A stretch of DNA of 63,705 nt, filler included, from Octopus bimaculoides (lineage: Eukaryota): NCBI RefSeq assembly GCF_001194135.2. It is 3 parts of 3 records of this genome, joined end to end, with 100 filler letters (N's around TTAATTAATTAA, not from the genome) between each part and the next. Parts side by side here need not be neighbours in the genome. Positions count along the whole stretch, not along the records: positions 38,177 to 63,705 come from NC_068997.1; 2 more parts are not named here. The stretch is one strand, 5' to 3'. The translations under genes were made by a program, and so were the position numbers. The notes under the pieces are model-generated. The model worked only from the letters and a program-made list of their open reading frames with translations, was not told the origin of the DNA and did no database searches. Below, piece by piece: positions 46,911 to 60,215 of the stretch; position 1 is the first letter of the stretch, and each line of letters opens with the position of its first letter.

Positions 46911-47665
46911 GTATATATATATGAGAAGGAGAGGGAGAATTGATTAATCAATTAATGTGTTATGTTGTGTTTTCTATAATTACTTTCTATGATTATAGCC
47001 TTAAAGCCAAAAATCTATCAAATTAATAGCTCACAGTTCACCATCCATTGTTTGGTGTCTACTTTCCACCTCATCTAATAATCTACTCCGCTTATTCTTC
47101 TATTACAAAACAGTAAAGCACTCATGAAAGTGAAAGACACCAGGGGTGACTGATAAAATGTAGATGAAAAATGTGAGCATCAAAGAAGAAGAATACAACA
47201 CTCTTAAGATCAAACTTAAAGAAATGTCTTTGAAGGAATATCATTCCTGATGGGAGAATTAAGATGGAGCTAAGCAATGGAAGTTGTGTTAGATAGCCAT
47301 TAGTTGGAATGAGGTGGTTGGTTGGAGCTATTTGGATGCTGGAGATTTGGTATGGTTGACTGGACAATTAGCCTGTTTTGGAGGCAGTACTTTTTAGCAC
47401 TGGAGGCACTCACACACACACACAAACACAAGCACATGTGCATGTAGAAATATACACGTACAAGAAGAGCAAGAGAGACATTATAAATACAAACATAACT
47501 AGATGCTCACACACAGAGAGAAAGAGAGGAGTGAGAGAAGGAGTAGGGGTGGTCCACCCCGGGTGGCACTTTTGGGTCTGTTGTAGGCAATATGTGTTTT
47601 TTTTTTGTGGGGTCCAGGGGCAGCAAACAGAAGGGCCACCCCAGGCAGTACACACTCTAGCTATG

Positions 47666-47792
47666 CTAGTGCCCACAAGGCTTTGGTAGGCCTGAGGCTA
47701 TAGTAGAAAACCCTCATCCAAAGTGCCACACAGTGGGACTGAACCCAGAGCCATGTAGTTGGGAGCAAACTTCTTACCACACTGCCACACCC
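47666..47792 (-). mobile_element. SINE family A head
   Basis: Reverse complement of GTGGCAGTGTGGTAAGAAGTTTGCTCCC...GGGTTCAGTCCCACTGTGTGGCAC. Confidence 0.85.
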
Positions 47793-48576
47793 ATATCTAA
47801 TATATATATGCGTGTATGTTAATACATACACATACACGCACACACACACACATACATATATATATATANNNNNNNNNNNNNNNNNNNNNNNNNNNNNNNN
47901 NNNNNNNNNNNNNNNNNNNNNNNNNNNNNNNNNNNNNNNNNNNNNNNNNNNNNNNNNNNNNNNNNNNNNNNNNNNNNNNNNNNNNNNNNNNNNNNNNNNN
48001 NNNNNNNNNNNNNNNNNNNNNNNNNNNNNNNNNNNNNNNNNNNNNNNNNNNNNNNNNNNNNNNNNNNNNNNNNNNNNNNNNNNNNNNNNNNNNNNNNNNN
48101 NNNNNNNNNNNNNNNNNNNNNNNNNNNNNNNNNNNNNNNNNNNNNNNNNNNNNNNNNNNNNNNNNNNNNNNNNNNNNNNNNNNNNNNNNNNNNNNNNNNN
48201 NNNNNNNNNNNNNNNNNNNNNNNNNNNNNNNNNNNNNNNNNNNNNNNNNNNNNNNNNNNNNNNNNNNNNNNNNNNNNNNNNNNNNNNNNNNNNNNNNNNN
48301 NNNNNNNNNNNNNNNNNNNNNNNNNNNNNNNNNNNNNNNNNNNNNNNNNNNNNNNNNNNNNNNNNNNNNNNNNNNNNNNNNNNNNNNNNNNNNNNNNNNN
48401 NNNNNNNNNNNNNNNNNNNNNNNNNNNNNNNNNNNNNNNNNNNNNNNNNNNNNNNNNNNNNNNNNNNNNNNNNNNNNNNNNNNNNNNNNNNNNNNNNNCA
48501 TGTCATGTCATGGCTATGGCTACCTCTTTAGTACTGGTGACATGAAAAAAAAAAAAAATGCACCCAGTACACTCTT

Positions 48577-48953
48577 ATCGTTTATCTTTTATTTGTTTTA
48601 GTCATTAGACTTTGGCCATGCTGGGGCACTGCCTTGAAAATTATTTTTGCTCAAATGAATTGATTCCAGTACTTATTTTTGTTTTTAAGTCTAGTACTCA
48701 GTCTCTTTTGCTGAACTGCTAAGTTTAGGGGGACATAAACATACCAACACTGGTTGCCAAGCAGTGGGGGGGGGGAACAGACAGACAGACAGACAGACAC
48801 ACAGAGTCTTCTTTCAATTTCTGTCAACCAAATCCACATACAAAGCTTTGGTCAGTCTGAAGCTATAGGACAAGACATCGCCTAAGATACCACACAGTGG
48901 GAACTGAACCTAGAACCATGTGATTGGGAAACAAACTTCTTACCACACAACCA
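48577..48953 (-). mobile_element. SINE family A, near full length
   Basis: Tail, internal (GACA)n and head all in reverse complement. Confidence 0.85.
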
Positions 48954-50520
48954 CAGTGCCCAATCTGTGGTGGAGCCTTCCAATCACACACTGGACTGAT
49001 TGGCTGCAGCTGGACATACTGTGACCCATCTTCTCCCATGCGATGCCCTTGGTCATCATTGACAACAATGGATGAACATTATTATTATTATTATTAGTAG
49101 TAGTATTTGAGATTGGATTGTCCTTTTCTGAGCCTGTAAATTAACTCAAGAAATTCATTCTTAGTTTTTTGAAATTCTCTTCCCTCACCTTTGAGAGTCG
49201 CTAGAAATCACCTAGCGGTAATTGTCAGTGGCCCTCAAAGGAACACACATGCACGCGTGCATGCACACAAATATATGCACATACATACATGACAGGCTTC
49301 TCTACACAGTTTCTGTCAACAAAATTTACTCACACAGCATAGGTCAGCCTGACGCCATTGTAGAAGATACGACACCAAGGTGCCATGCAGTGGGACTGAA
49401 CCCAAAACTAATTGATTGAAAAGCGAGGTTTGATTTATTTTGGAGTTGCTTGAAATATAGCAAAAGTCAAATAAGGAAAAGAAAAAACAAAACAAAACAA
49501 AACAAAAAAATATATAAAATTTTGGTAGATTCTTTCCCCTGCCTTAACTTTTGTAAATATATTTTTGTAGTTATCAATAATTGGAAGTAAATCTCATGGT
49601 GCAGCAAAAATAAATAAATAAATAAATAAATAAATAAATAGATAAATAAATAAAAAATAAATAAATAAAAGTGAAAACAGAATTTAAAATGCGCCAAATA
49701 AAAACACCCTACAAATTGACTAAGTGGGGGTACTTTCGTTTGAGCAAAATCAAAGTCTGAAGATGTCGATCAGTGTTTACACATATAGATTCATACATAC
49801 ATACACACACACACACATGATTATATGTATGTATTACACATAAATCAGTATCATTTTGACATTTATTTATCATTGTAAGTAAGTTGTATAAAAAATGCAA
49901 GGGTGGGGAGTAAGAAAAATAAAAACCTGATTATACATGGGACCTTTAACTGAGTAAATAAATTATAAACACACTTGTGCACACCAAATCACATATACAT
50001 AGTTGTTATAGTAGTAGTAGTAGTAGTAATAATAATAATAATAATAATAATAAATGGATGGAAGAGTCCCAAATGCCAGAACCTTTTCCAGGATTGCAGG
50101 GAAAGGGGGATGGTAGGCATAGCTATTCCCAGTCACGGCTGGCTGTAGAGGATTCCATGCTGAGTATATGGAGAGTACTCACAGCCACAGTTGAATGGCA
50201 GGAAAAAGAAAAAAAAAAACAAGCTGGTTGCAAGGTTTGGTGAGGCAGCAAAAAAAAAAACTCTTGTTGGTTATGGAGCAAGAGAAAGTAGCTAAGCTGA
50301 AAGCTAGGAGGAGTAGGGGAGTGGCAATTTGGCCACCACAACTGACCTGTTAATGGCAGGGGATGGTGATGGAATACAGCTTAAGTCGAAATAACCACTA
50401 GATATTACACCCCATCTGACAACAGCAACTGACCTGGGTAAAGTTACATTCACCAAATGTGAATGAAGGGGAAGTGTTGTGTTTTAGATGTAATTATTCT
50501 CATAAACATGCTTCTGCTCA

Positions 50521-50925
50521 GGCACAGGCATGGCTGTGTGGTAAGAAGCTTGCTTCCCAACCACATGATTCTGGGTTCACTTCCCACTGTATGACACTTT
50601 GGACAAGTGTCTTCTACAATAGCCTCAGGTTGACCAGATCCTTGTGAGTGGACTTAGTAGACAGAAACTGAAAGAAGCTTGTTGTGAGTATGTGTGTGTG
50701 TCTGTCTGTGTTTGTCCCCCACCACTGCTTGAGAACTAGCGTTGGCATGTTTACACCGCTGTAACATATCAGTTCAGCAAAAGAGACCGCTAGAACAAGT
50801 ACCAAGCTTTAAAAAAAGGAAATAAGAAATGGGTTTGATTCATTCGACTAAAAATTCTTCAAGGCAGTGCCCCAGCATGGCTGTAGTCTAGTGACTGAAA
50901 CAAGTAAAAGGTAAAAGATAAAAGA
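50521..50925 (+). mobile_element. SINE family A, full length
   Basis: GGCACAGGCATGGCTGTGTGGTAAGAAGCTTGCTTCCCAACC through GAAACAAGTAAAAGGTAAAAGATAAAAGA. Confidence 0.9.
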
Positions 50926-51889
50926 CATACACCTCATAATATGGAGAGTTGTACCAAAAGTAATTCAAAAGTAGACATAACCATTTTTTAAATTTATTAT
51001 TAACTAAAACCCTTTAAGGCGGTGCTCCAGCATGGCTGCAGTCAAATGACTGAAACAAATAAAAAAATACACACACACAAATGCTTACACAAACACACAC
51101 ATACATACATATACATTAAAACAGATATGAAAAGAGAAAAAAGAAATGGACAAACACATATGCAACTTTGAGATGCTCACAAATACATAATGCATCAGTG
51201 ATAATTATGTGTGAATGTGCGAGTGTGTGTGTGTGTGTGTGTGTGTGCGACTGAAAAAAAAAAAATCACCTCTTCAATCAACCTCCCTAACTACATCAAA
51301 ATTCATACCATCTCTAAGAGTGACCACTTTGTCAAAATAACAAACAGTTAGTTCAACCAAGTATACTGATTTGGTGTGGACTGCTAAACTGAAGCATAGC
51401 AGTAATGTCTTAGATTATTTATAGATATCTCTTTATGTTTTGCATTTAAATTGCCTGTGTTTGACTTTGCCTTTCAACTTTCTGAGGTAAATAGGATAAC
51501 ACCCAGTACACACTGGTAGTGATTTGATTAACTGCACAATGCTTCTCTACGAAATTGTGTTTTTGCGTTAGTGTGAAGATTCCAGATTTATTATCCAGTG
51601 CAGACATTGCTGTTTGCTTAAGAAGTTCATTTTGCAACATTTTGCAGCACTTGAATTCTTCGATCTACTTCACAGACCTTTGAACCTCAGGTTCAGTCTT
51701 GCTGCGTGACACCTCGGGCAAGTGTCTTCTACAAAAATCCTGGGTTCTTGAGTTTCTTGTGAGTGAATGTGGTAGAAAGAAACTGTGTAGAAGTCATCCA
51801 TCATCATCATCATTATCATTTATTGTCCACTTTTCTATGCTTGCATGGGTTGGATGGACTTTGTAGCAACAGATTTTGTATGGCTGGAT

Positions 51890-51995
51890 TCAGCCCCACA
51901 GCATGGCACCTTGGGCAAGTGTCTTCTACTATAGCCTCAGGCTGACCAAAGCCTTGTGAGTGGATTTGGTAGACGGAAACAGAAAGAAGCTCATC

Positions 51996-52039
<44 letters not shown>

Positions 52040-52051
52040 NNNNNNNNNNNN

Positions 52052-52113
<62 letters not shown>

Positions 52114-52318
52114 TTTGCATGTGTGTGTATGTTTGTCACCCCACCATCACTTGACAACCGATGTTGGTGTGTTTACATCCCTGTAACTTAGCGGTCTGGC
52201 AAAAGAGACCGATAGAATAAGTACAAGGCTTACAAAGAATAAGTCCTGGAGTTGACTTGTTCGACTAAAGGTGGTGCTCCAGCATGGCTGCAGTCAAATG
52301 ACAAAAGAGTAAAAGAGA
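51890..52318 (+). mobile_element. SINE family A (head truncated by RTE tail fragment at ~51795-51860)
   Basis: Body and tail match the family, with long internal (TA)n(TG)n. Confidence 0.85.
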
Positions 52319-52341
52319 TATATTAGCCAGAAAAATCTGCA

Positions 52342-52401
52342 ATGTACTGAGCGCACGATAGGTGAACCGCGATGTACCGAGAGCATGATAGGTGAACCGC
52401 G
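52342..52401. repeat. 30-bp tandem duplication
   Basis: ATGTACTGAGCGCACGATAGGTGAACCGCG / ATGTACCGAGAGCATGATAGGTGAACCGCG, 3 mismatches. Confidence 0.9.
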
Positions 52402-53134
52402 ATACGGCAAGGGATTACGGTACACACACATGTGTGTGTGTGTGTATGTTTATAAATGAATACATGTGTATGTGTGTGAATGTTGACATTTCGTGCTTTC
52501 ACTTGTCACCATCTGAATGATATGGTGATATGCTGTTTTCACTCCTTGTTGACATTAAGGCCATTTGCTTTACACTTTATAGGGCTGTGAAGTAGAAAAA
52601 ACAAACAAGCAAAAGCAATGCCTTACTTGAAAATCATGTGGGGAAGAGCACCTGATCATAAGATCCTGCTTCAAGCTAGTGGTCCTATCCAAACTGTGCT
52701 ACCATGGAAGATTATATATATCTTTTATCCTTTATTTGTTTTTGTCATTAGATTGTAGCCATGCTTGGGCATTTGCCTTGAAGAATTTTTGTTTAACAAA
52801 TCAACCCCTCTACTAATTTTTCTTTTTTTAAAGCCTGGTACTTATTCTATCAGTGTCTTTTGCTGAACTGCTATGTTACAGGGATGTAAACACACCAACA
52901 CTGGTTGTCAAGCAACGATGATGGATAAACAGAGGCACAAAGACACACAAATTGTCATTTAATGCCCTCCTTCCATGCTGGCATGGGTTGGACGGTTTGA
53001 TAGGAGCTGACCAGGCCTGTGCCATGCTTCTGTGTCTGTTTTGGCATGGTTTTTACGGCTGGATGCCCTTCCTAACACCAACCATTCCATAGAGTGGGCT
53101 GAGTGCTTTGTACATGACACTTGCATATACCCGC

Positions 53135-53529
53135 TTTACTTGTTTCAGTCATTAGACTGTGGCCATGCTGGAGCACTGCCTTTAGTCGAGCAAATTGACC
53201 CAAGGACTTATTCTTTGTAAGCCAAGTACTTATTCTATCGAACTCTTTTGTCGAACCGCTAAGTTATGGGGACGTAAACCCACCAGCATTGGTTGTCAAA
53301 CGATGGTTGGGGGACAAACACAGACACACAAACATACACATACATACACACACACATGTATGTATATATACGATGGGCTTCTTTCAGTTTCCGTCTACCA
53401 AATCCAGTCACAAGGCTTTGGTCGGCTCGAGGCTATAGTTGAAGACACTTGCCTAAGGTGCCACGCAGTAAGACTGAACCCAGAACTATTTGGTTTGTAA
53501 GCAAGTTACTTATCACACAGCCACTCCTA
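53135..53529 (-). mobile_element. SINE family A, full length
   Basis: Reverse complement from tail TTTACTTGTTTCAGTC to head CACAGCCACTCCTA, followed by (TA)n. A diverged partial copy (~52730-52930) and an RTE-type tail (~52955-53110) lie just upstream. Confidence 0.9.
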
Positions 53530-53556
53530 TATATATANNNNNNNNNNNNNNNNNNN

Positions 53557-53587
<31 letters not shown>

Positions 53588-55355
53588 CATACGTTTATAT
53601 TTAAGAGATTAGAATAGTGTGAGCACGCAGGAATTTGTTATTCCAGACGAAATCTTCTCACATTGAAACGATAAATTAAGGGAATAAATAAAGTTGATAA
53701 AAAATAATATAAATATTGTTATAATGATAAGCTAATAAGAATAGTGAAATAGAAATATGAGGTAAAAAAACGGAAACTGATACATGGTTGTAGGTTTGTA
53801 TACAGGTGTGTGCATGTATGTATATATATATATATATACACACACACACATACACATTCATAGCTACACATCCGTACACACCTGCACATAGCATAAATAT
53901 AGAAATTTCCAACCACACATACACACACATATAAACACATACAATGCATGCATGCATAATGTATATATATACACACACGAAAGAATGAACAGGTAAAAAG
54001 AAACCAACATAAGAACAAGCGAACTAAAATTAACTCCACTGAACGAAAAATAATATACTTTGGTAGACTTGTGGAATGAAGCACTATACGTGAAGAGTGG
54101 TGTGTGTGTGAAGGCGACTAGTTAAGAAACTTGTGCAATTTTCTAACTTTTGGTATAAGAGTTAAAAACAATAAAAATTAAAAAAAAAAGAACAGTAATA
54201 TGAACTTCACTAGACCGGGTGGCGAAACAACTTTATTATACTTGTCTCAAAAATTGGAATGAGTTTGACGGTGAACTGTAAAAGAACACCTGTAATAAAT
54301 AATGAGACTTGTTCATGTTTAAGCAGCTGGTTTAAGAGTAGGGCGGGGGAAATAGTACGAACTATTAAAATGTGAAAGATCGTGTTTAATTCTAAAGCGA
54401 CTGGAGGTTTAAAAGAGACGAAATAGGAAATAAAGCGGGTTAAAGGGATGTCTGTGTGGTAAGAAGTTTCATCTATAAGTTATTTTTTCCATCTCTCTCC
54501 CTTTCTATGTTTTTTTATACTATTATTATTTAACTTTGATGTTAACCTCGTCACTTTCGTTTCCAAATATTTCCAACCACATTGTCTTTCTCTTGATTTA
54601 ACTATATACTAAACCATCTCTTACAAATGATCATTCACATGAAAAGCTCCCCCGAGCAAAACATTTGGCCATTTGTCAAGAATCACTTTCATAAATAATA
54701 TCTATACGTGGAATACAACACCGTTTTGAATTCTTTATCTGAGTGGCATTTAGCTTAGAACTAACCTCTCTCCCTCACACACACACTCACACCAATGTTA
54801 TGGAATAGAGGACTATTCCATAACATTTGTTTTTGGGTACCTGATACCCAATTTTGACAATCCATGCAACCTATCTCTCCATCATGTTCACTGTCATGTT
54901 TTGTTTCATTTGCAATCTCTCAAGAATTCAGTCTGCCAGCTTTCTCAGCCATTTTCTGGACTAACAGACACACATGCATGCACGTGCATATTTAATGACT
55001 GTTATTTAATTAGAGGTGCACTAAGCAGAGTCGAATGAAATATAGTTATGTATGATCATATTTAACATGTTCGTGTACACTGGGACACGGAAAGGCATAC
55101 GCTGCAGAAATCAATACCTTGTGTGTGAAAGACATGCCATTGAGTTAGTGCATCTAAAATCAATTATTTCCAGCTTCACAAAACATTTCGCACATCAACA
55201 AATATATCATTTGCTGCTCTTATATGAAAGCGACCAGCTGTTAGTGGCCATGGACGTCGGCTCTGTATATGTATGTAACTGATGAAGCGTAACGGAGCAG
55301 AAACGCATGCCAATCATGGCCAGATGATGTGTTTACATCTATATTATCTATAAGA

Positions 55356-55569
55356 AAGGCAGCGAGCTGGCAGAAACGTTAGCACACCGAGAGAAATGCT
55401 TAGTGGTATTTCGTCTGTCTTTACGCTCTGAGTTCAAATTCCACCGAGGTCGACTTTGCCTGTCATCCTTTCAGGGTCGATAAATTAAGTACCAGCTGCG
55501 TACTGAGGTCGATCTAATCGACTGGTCCCCTCCCCTAAAATTTCCGGCCTTGTGCCAAGAGTAAAAAAG
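55356..55569 (+). mobile_element. SINE family B, full length with TSD
   Basis: Perfect 16-bp TSD TATATTATCTATAAGA at 55340-55355 and 55570-55585. The central GCCTGTCATCCTTTCAGGGTCGATAAATTAAGTACCAG resembles the Nin/Deu domain. Confidence 0.92.
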
Positions 55570-56154
55570 TATATTATCTATAAGAGGGAATATCTTTTCT
55601 CGAGACAATTTGTACAGCTTATTGTCTTTCCATGTTCGAGTTTATAGAAGCAGCTTAAATATGATTGCATATAGCTATATTAATAATGAGATTTTAATAT
55701 ACACACATACACATGATGGCATTAGTTATCTACAAAGCACTTTTTTCTATATCAGCAGGGGGTCTATTTTTTAAAAGGCCGCCTAATTCGGGCCCCACCA
55801 ACCCCCTTTTTTTACTGCATTTGAAACTAAATACATGGCAATGGCAACCAAACTGGAGCAATGACAATGAATTTCATACCATGAACTCCCAGGGATTATC
55901 GTAAGGCGGTTCAATTTCTGAAGAGCCGCTTAAATGGGGCCCCACTAACACCCCTATTTTTACTGCATTTACCTCATTCCTACGCTTATTGATTAAACTA
56001 TGGTCAGCATCAGTGCTTAGCACATTTGCAGAAGTAAGTTTGGGCATTCTAAATACCTTCATGTACAGTCAAATCGAGATAAAGAGTTATAACAGGTATG
56101 CTTCCAGTGTGGTAGTGTGGATATCTATATCTTGTAGTTTATTGAAACTTATGT

Positions 56155-56202
<48 letters not shown>

Positions 56203-56206
<4 letters not shown>

Positions 56207-56375
56207 GAGAATTCGCAAAAATACAAAAGACGAAGACAGGTGGTGTAGACAACAAACAGATGTATTAGTTTAACGCTCGGGAAGTGAGAAAGTCTTTAAT
56301 GTTTCGAGCCTACGCTCTTCCACAGAAAGAAACAAGGAGAGAAAATAAAGAATGTGTAGTGGCTAGCGATCCAAG
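56203..56375 (-). mobile_element. Penelope-like terminal fragment with a hammerhead-like motif (56293-56330)
   Basis: Minus strand TCTTT-CTGTGGA-A-GAGC(GTAG)GCTC-GAAA-CATT-AAAGA. Stems I and II are intact, but the core has A6>U. Confidence 0.5.
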
Positions 56376-56764
56376 GTGAACAGGTCACCTATTTCTATCT
56401 TACCTTTTTATATGTTTAAAATTTGCCTGACGATAGCAGGTTTTTTATTTTTTATTTTTTTGCCATGATGTCATCTGAGAATGCATCAATAAAATGCTGC
56501 TGCAACAGTTGCGAATTTTGAATCCCACTTTTGTTCTACAGTTTATATTGGATTGGGTACCTATGTATTTATGTATCTGTCTATGTATATATTTACATAT
56601 ATAGATAGGGGTATGTGTATGCTTACAGTGTACTACCAACAAATGACAACTATGAGTTGCTTCAACGTACTGGAAGTTCAATACTAAGTACCCAACCAAC
56701 CCTGGCGCCCTACATACTGATATACCAAGATTCTACTGAATCCTGCAACTGATCTATATATATA

Positions 56765-57100
56765 TACGATGGGCTTCTTGGTTTCTTTCAGTTTCCGCCC
56801 ACCAAATTCCTTCACAAGGCTTTGGTTGGCCCTGGAGGATATGATACAGGCCCATCGCCAGACTTTGGTACCTGGGGGGGGGGGTGCTTCAGAATATACT
56901 GGGTGGGGACTAATTTGTAATAATGCTAAAGTAGTTTCGAAATAGGTGTATCACTGTAAATCCGAGGGTGCACCATTGAATAGTGAGGTGGGGGCAGTGT
57001 TGTCCAGTGCACCCCTGCTGTATGGACGGGCATGATACGGTAGAAGACACTTGCCTAAGGTACCACACAAACAAACCCAAGATCACATGGTTGGGAAACA
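56765..57100 (-). mobile_element. SINE family A head/body split by a MITE
   Basis: TTTCAGTTTCCGCCCACCAAAT...CACAAGGCTTTGG resumes after the insert as TAGAAGACACTTGCCTAAGGTACCACAC. Confidence 0.8.
56847..57034. mobile_element. hAT-like MITE, copy 1
   Basis: Ends CAGGCCCATC / GACGGGCATG, with 8-bp flanks ATATGATA / ATACGGTA (6/8 matching). The body is homologous to 62262-62421. Confidence 0.75.
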
Positions 57101-57401
57101 ACACAAGTTTTTTTAATGACAACACAAATACCAAGCATCAAGAAGGAATCGGTCAACACCTTTAGTGAGTTGCAACGGAAAAGGGCAGAAATGAGATTAA
57201 ACAACGATTAATATGCAAGACGGATGTGATTTGGTTCTATTGATGAAACGGCAAACTGTATGTAAATTAGTCATAGCTCTACCAATGAAAATCATCTACA
57301 ACACGGATTTTGGAAGGTTATTGAATAACGACAGCAATTGATGTTGCGGTCACAAGATCACTGCACATACATACACACATATGCATATTATATTTTATTT
57401 A

Positions 57402-57770
57402 TAGGCTGCGTAGTAAGAAGTTTGCTTCGTAAACCACATGGTTTCGGATTCAGTTACACTACGTAGCATTTTTGGGCAAGCGTCTTCTATTATAGCCACA
57501 GGCCGACTAAATCTTCTGAGCGGATTTGGTCGCCGGAAACTGAAAGAAGCCCGTCACGCGCGCGCGGGCACAAGTATGTATGTATGTGTGTGTGTGTGTG
57601 TTTTGTTTGTGCTTGCCTCTCACCAACGCTTCACATCCGGTAGATGTTTCTTTACGTCCGGTAAAATAGCGGTTCGGCAAAAGTACCAGACACATACGAA
57701 CTGGGGTCAATTTGTTCGACTCAAACCCTTCAAAGCGGTGCCCCAACATGGCCGCAGTCCAATGACTGAA
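57402..57770 (+). mobile_element. SINE family A, diverged full length
   Basis: GGCTGCGTAGTAAGAAGTTTGCTTC...GCGGTGCCCCAACATGGCCGCAGTCCAATGACTGAAA. Confidence 0.85.
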
Positions 57771-57781
57771 ATGTGTGTGTG

Positions 57782-57828
<47 letters not shown>

Positions 57829-58269
57829 TATGTATGTATATATATATATGTATGCATATGTATGTATATATATATGTATGCATGTATATGTGTATGTTTA
57901 TATATATATTTGTATATATGTATGTGTGTGTGTATGTATATATATTTCTGTGTGTATGTATATATATGTGTATGTATATATATATATGCGTGTGTGTGTA
58001 TGTATATGTGTACACACACACACACACATACACATATATATATATAATACACACACCGTCATTCGTACAGCAAAACTACACAAACGCAACCAGCCCTGAC
58101 ACAGTTACAGTCCCAATACAAAGAACACATATTGCCTCCATAGAAGATACACAGAATCACACATGACGTAGGCAGAAGCACGCATCAAATACCGACACAG
58201 AAAACACGTTACACGCACTTCACATGCATGTAGACACTACATATACAGTCACACATGCATACACAGAAC

Positions 58270-59930
58270 TTAGGGGAATAGTAGTCACGAGTTGTTGCTT
58301 AGCCCCAGGTCAACCCTGTTTAAGCAGGCTTATGATCCATGGCGTTCTAGTCGTGACCATTTCGTCTGTGTATGATAATAATCAAGAACTAGATTGTCTA
58401 AAGTGTCTTCTACTCTTTTTTTTAAAGACGATGGGCATGATTTAAGGGAGATTTGGCTGCTATTTCTAGCAGGCCGGAGAGGACATAGATACACCGTCTC
58501 GGGAACCACCTACATGGTTGTTCGTCTTGCTACAAATAATAACGAAATTCCGGTGAAATTACACGCCACTGCCTTAATAACCAAGGCACGTTAAATAATA
58601 TATTCCTGGATATATCACAAGATGGTCACGGCCGGAGTGCTTTTGATCATAAGAGTTTCCTCCAGTTTCCTTCTCATACATACTACGAAAAACTTTACAA
58701 CCTATTATTAGTACAATATATATATATATATATACATATATATATCGCTTGTTTTTATGTTTAGTTATAATAAAAATAAGTTTACATTATTTTAAAGGCT
58801 AATCCATACTTTTGAAGAATACAAATTAATTATTCTTAACACACACACACACATATAAACTAAATAGTGACACACACACACACACACACATATTCACAAA
58901 ACTGCAGACATCGCACATGCACATAACGACTACCAGTCATATTATTAACTATCATTATTGCTAACCCTAACCATTGCTATAATCGTTACTATAACCACCA
59001 AACATAACAACGAAACACACGACACACAGAACTTCGAGGATGGCGGTCACGAGTTGTTTAGTCCCAGGTCAGACGTGATTGGGTAGATAGATCTATGATC
59101 AAAGGCGTTCTAGCCGTGACCATTCGCACTATCATTACCACAATCTTCACTAATCTATCTATCTATCCATCTATCTATCTATCTATCTATCTACTTACCT
59201 GCCTGCCCACCTACACACACGCAGTGGAAGTCGATTATTATAATCAAATGGTTATTGTCATTAAAATTAATGGAAATACACTCCGAATACTGCTCTATCT
59301 TCCGTTTAATGTTATCAGGTGGTTATTGTTATTTAAAAGAATCTCTGTTCCTAAGTGATTTCAACAAGCAGTTTCGAGTGCGTATGAGTATATTCACACA
59401 CACACATACACGTTACTCTGTATGCACGAGTCGAAGAGACAGGCCTTTCCAAGAAATAGCAGCCAAATCTCATTCAAATCACGTCCCTACCCTATTTAAA
59501 ACAAAGGATACACTTCGCAATGTAGTTCTCGATGTATGGGTAATAAAATTTTAGAATGGTCAAGGTTGTAACGCTATTGACCAGGGGTTTCTTCAGTCAG
59601 AGCTTAAACATCGACCTTTACAAACGAGGGAGGTTCTACGTGGTCGCTCAACTTGCTAGAAATGGCAACCAAAATCGCCTTCAAATATCATCCTACACAA
59701 TTTTGGGAAATGAACGAACGAGCACAAAAGATTTGGATCATGTGGTCCTAGACAGCTTTAGAAAAGACGAGGTGGTCGTGATTGGAATACCTTTCTTTGA
59801 TTATGAGTTTGTTCGATTAGAACAAAATGACGACCACCAACACCATTACTACAACAGTTACTACTACTACAACAGTTACTACTATTACTACTACTACTAC
59901 TACTACTACTACTACAACAGTTACTACTAT

Positions 59931-59968
<38 letters not shown>

Positions 59969-60215
59969 TTGCTGTAAGAATCATCGTCAAAAACAGCAAA
60001 CCAATATCACCATTATTGTTGTAACAGATATGCTAGAAATAACAACTAAATTCACATCAACTTACACCCCAAGTGTCTTAAGAAAGAAAAAGAAAGGGCA
60101 CTACTCAATAATTTAGTCTTCGATACATTATGCCCGTAAAGAAAGAAAAAAAGGAAGACGCAGATCAAGGCTGCCTTTGATCAATGGTTTGGCAGGATCA
60201 AGTATGATCTGGGGT
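58270..60215. mobile_element. Cluster of at least six fragments of one short repeat family (family D) in both orientations
   Basis: Recurrent CTAGAAAT.GCAGCCAAAT...GGTC..GGC.GGA.T.C.TTTGATCATA...CTGGGG.TAAACAA at ~58270-58470(-), 58520-58650(+), 59045-59125(-), 59440-59600(+), 59640-59810(+) and 60030-60215(+). Further pieces occur at ~18340-18410, ~18555-18600, ~21060-21095 and ~39870-40040. Confidence 0.65.
59845..59968. repeat. (TAC)n microsatellite
   Basis: Directly visible. It accounts for the poly-Tyr in ORF 59556-60116. Confidence 0.95.

Noticed and set aside
50050-50420. Purine-biased stretch resembling a decayed LINE
   Set aside because: No RT or endonuclease motif could be read with confidence.
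55276-55312. CTGATGA...GAAAC hammerhead-like string
   Set aside because: Stem II is only ~2 bp, and stems I and III and the NUH triplet cannot be formed. At best it is a decayed PLE end.
55778-55970. ~45-bp imperfect direct repeat (GCCGC.TAA...GGCCCCAC.AAC.CCCC..TTTTTACTGCATTT) 147 bp apart
   Set aside because: Only two diverged units with no spacer array or associated ORF. It is not CRISPR-like, and the context is eukaryotic.
59556-60116. 186-aa ORF with a poly-Tyr stretch
   Set aside because: It is composed of family-D repeat fragments plus a (TAC)n microsatellite.
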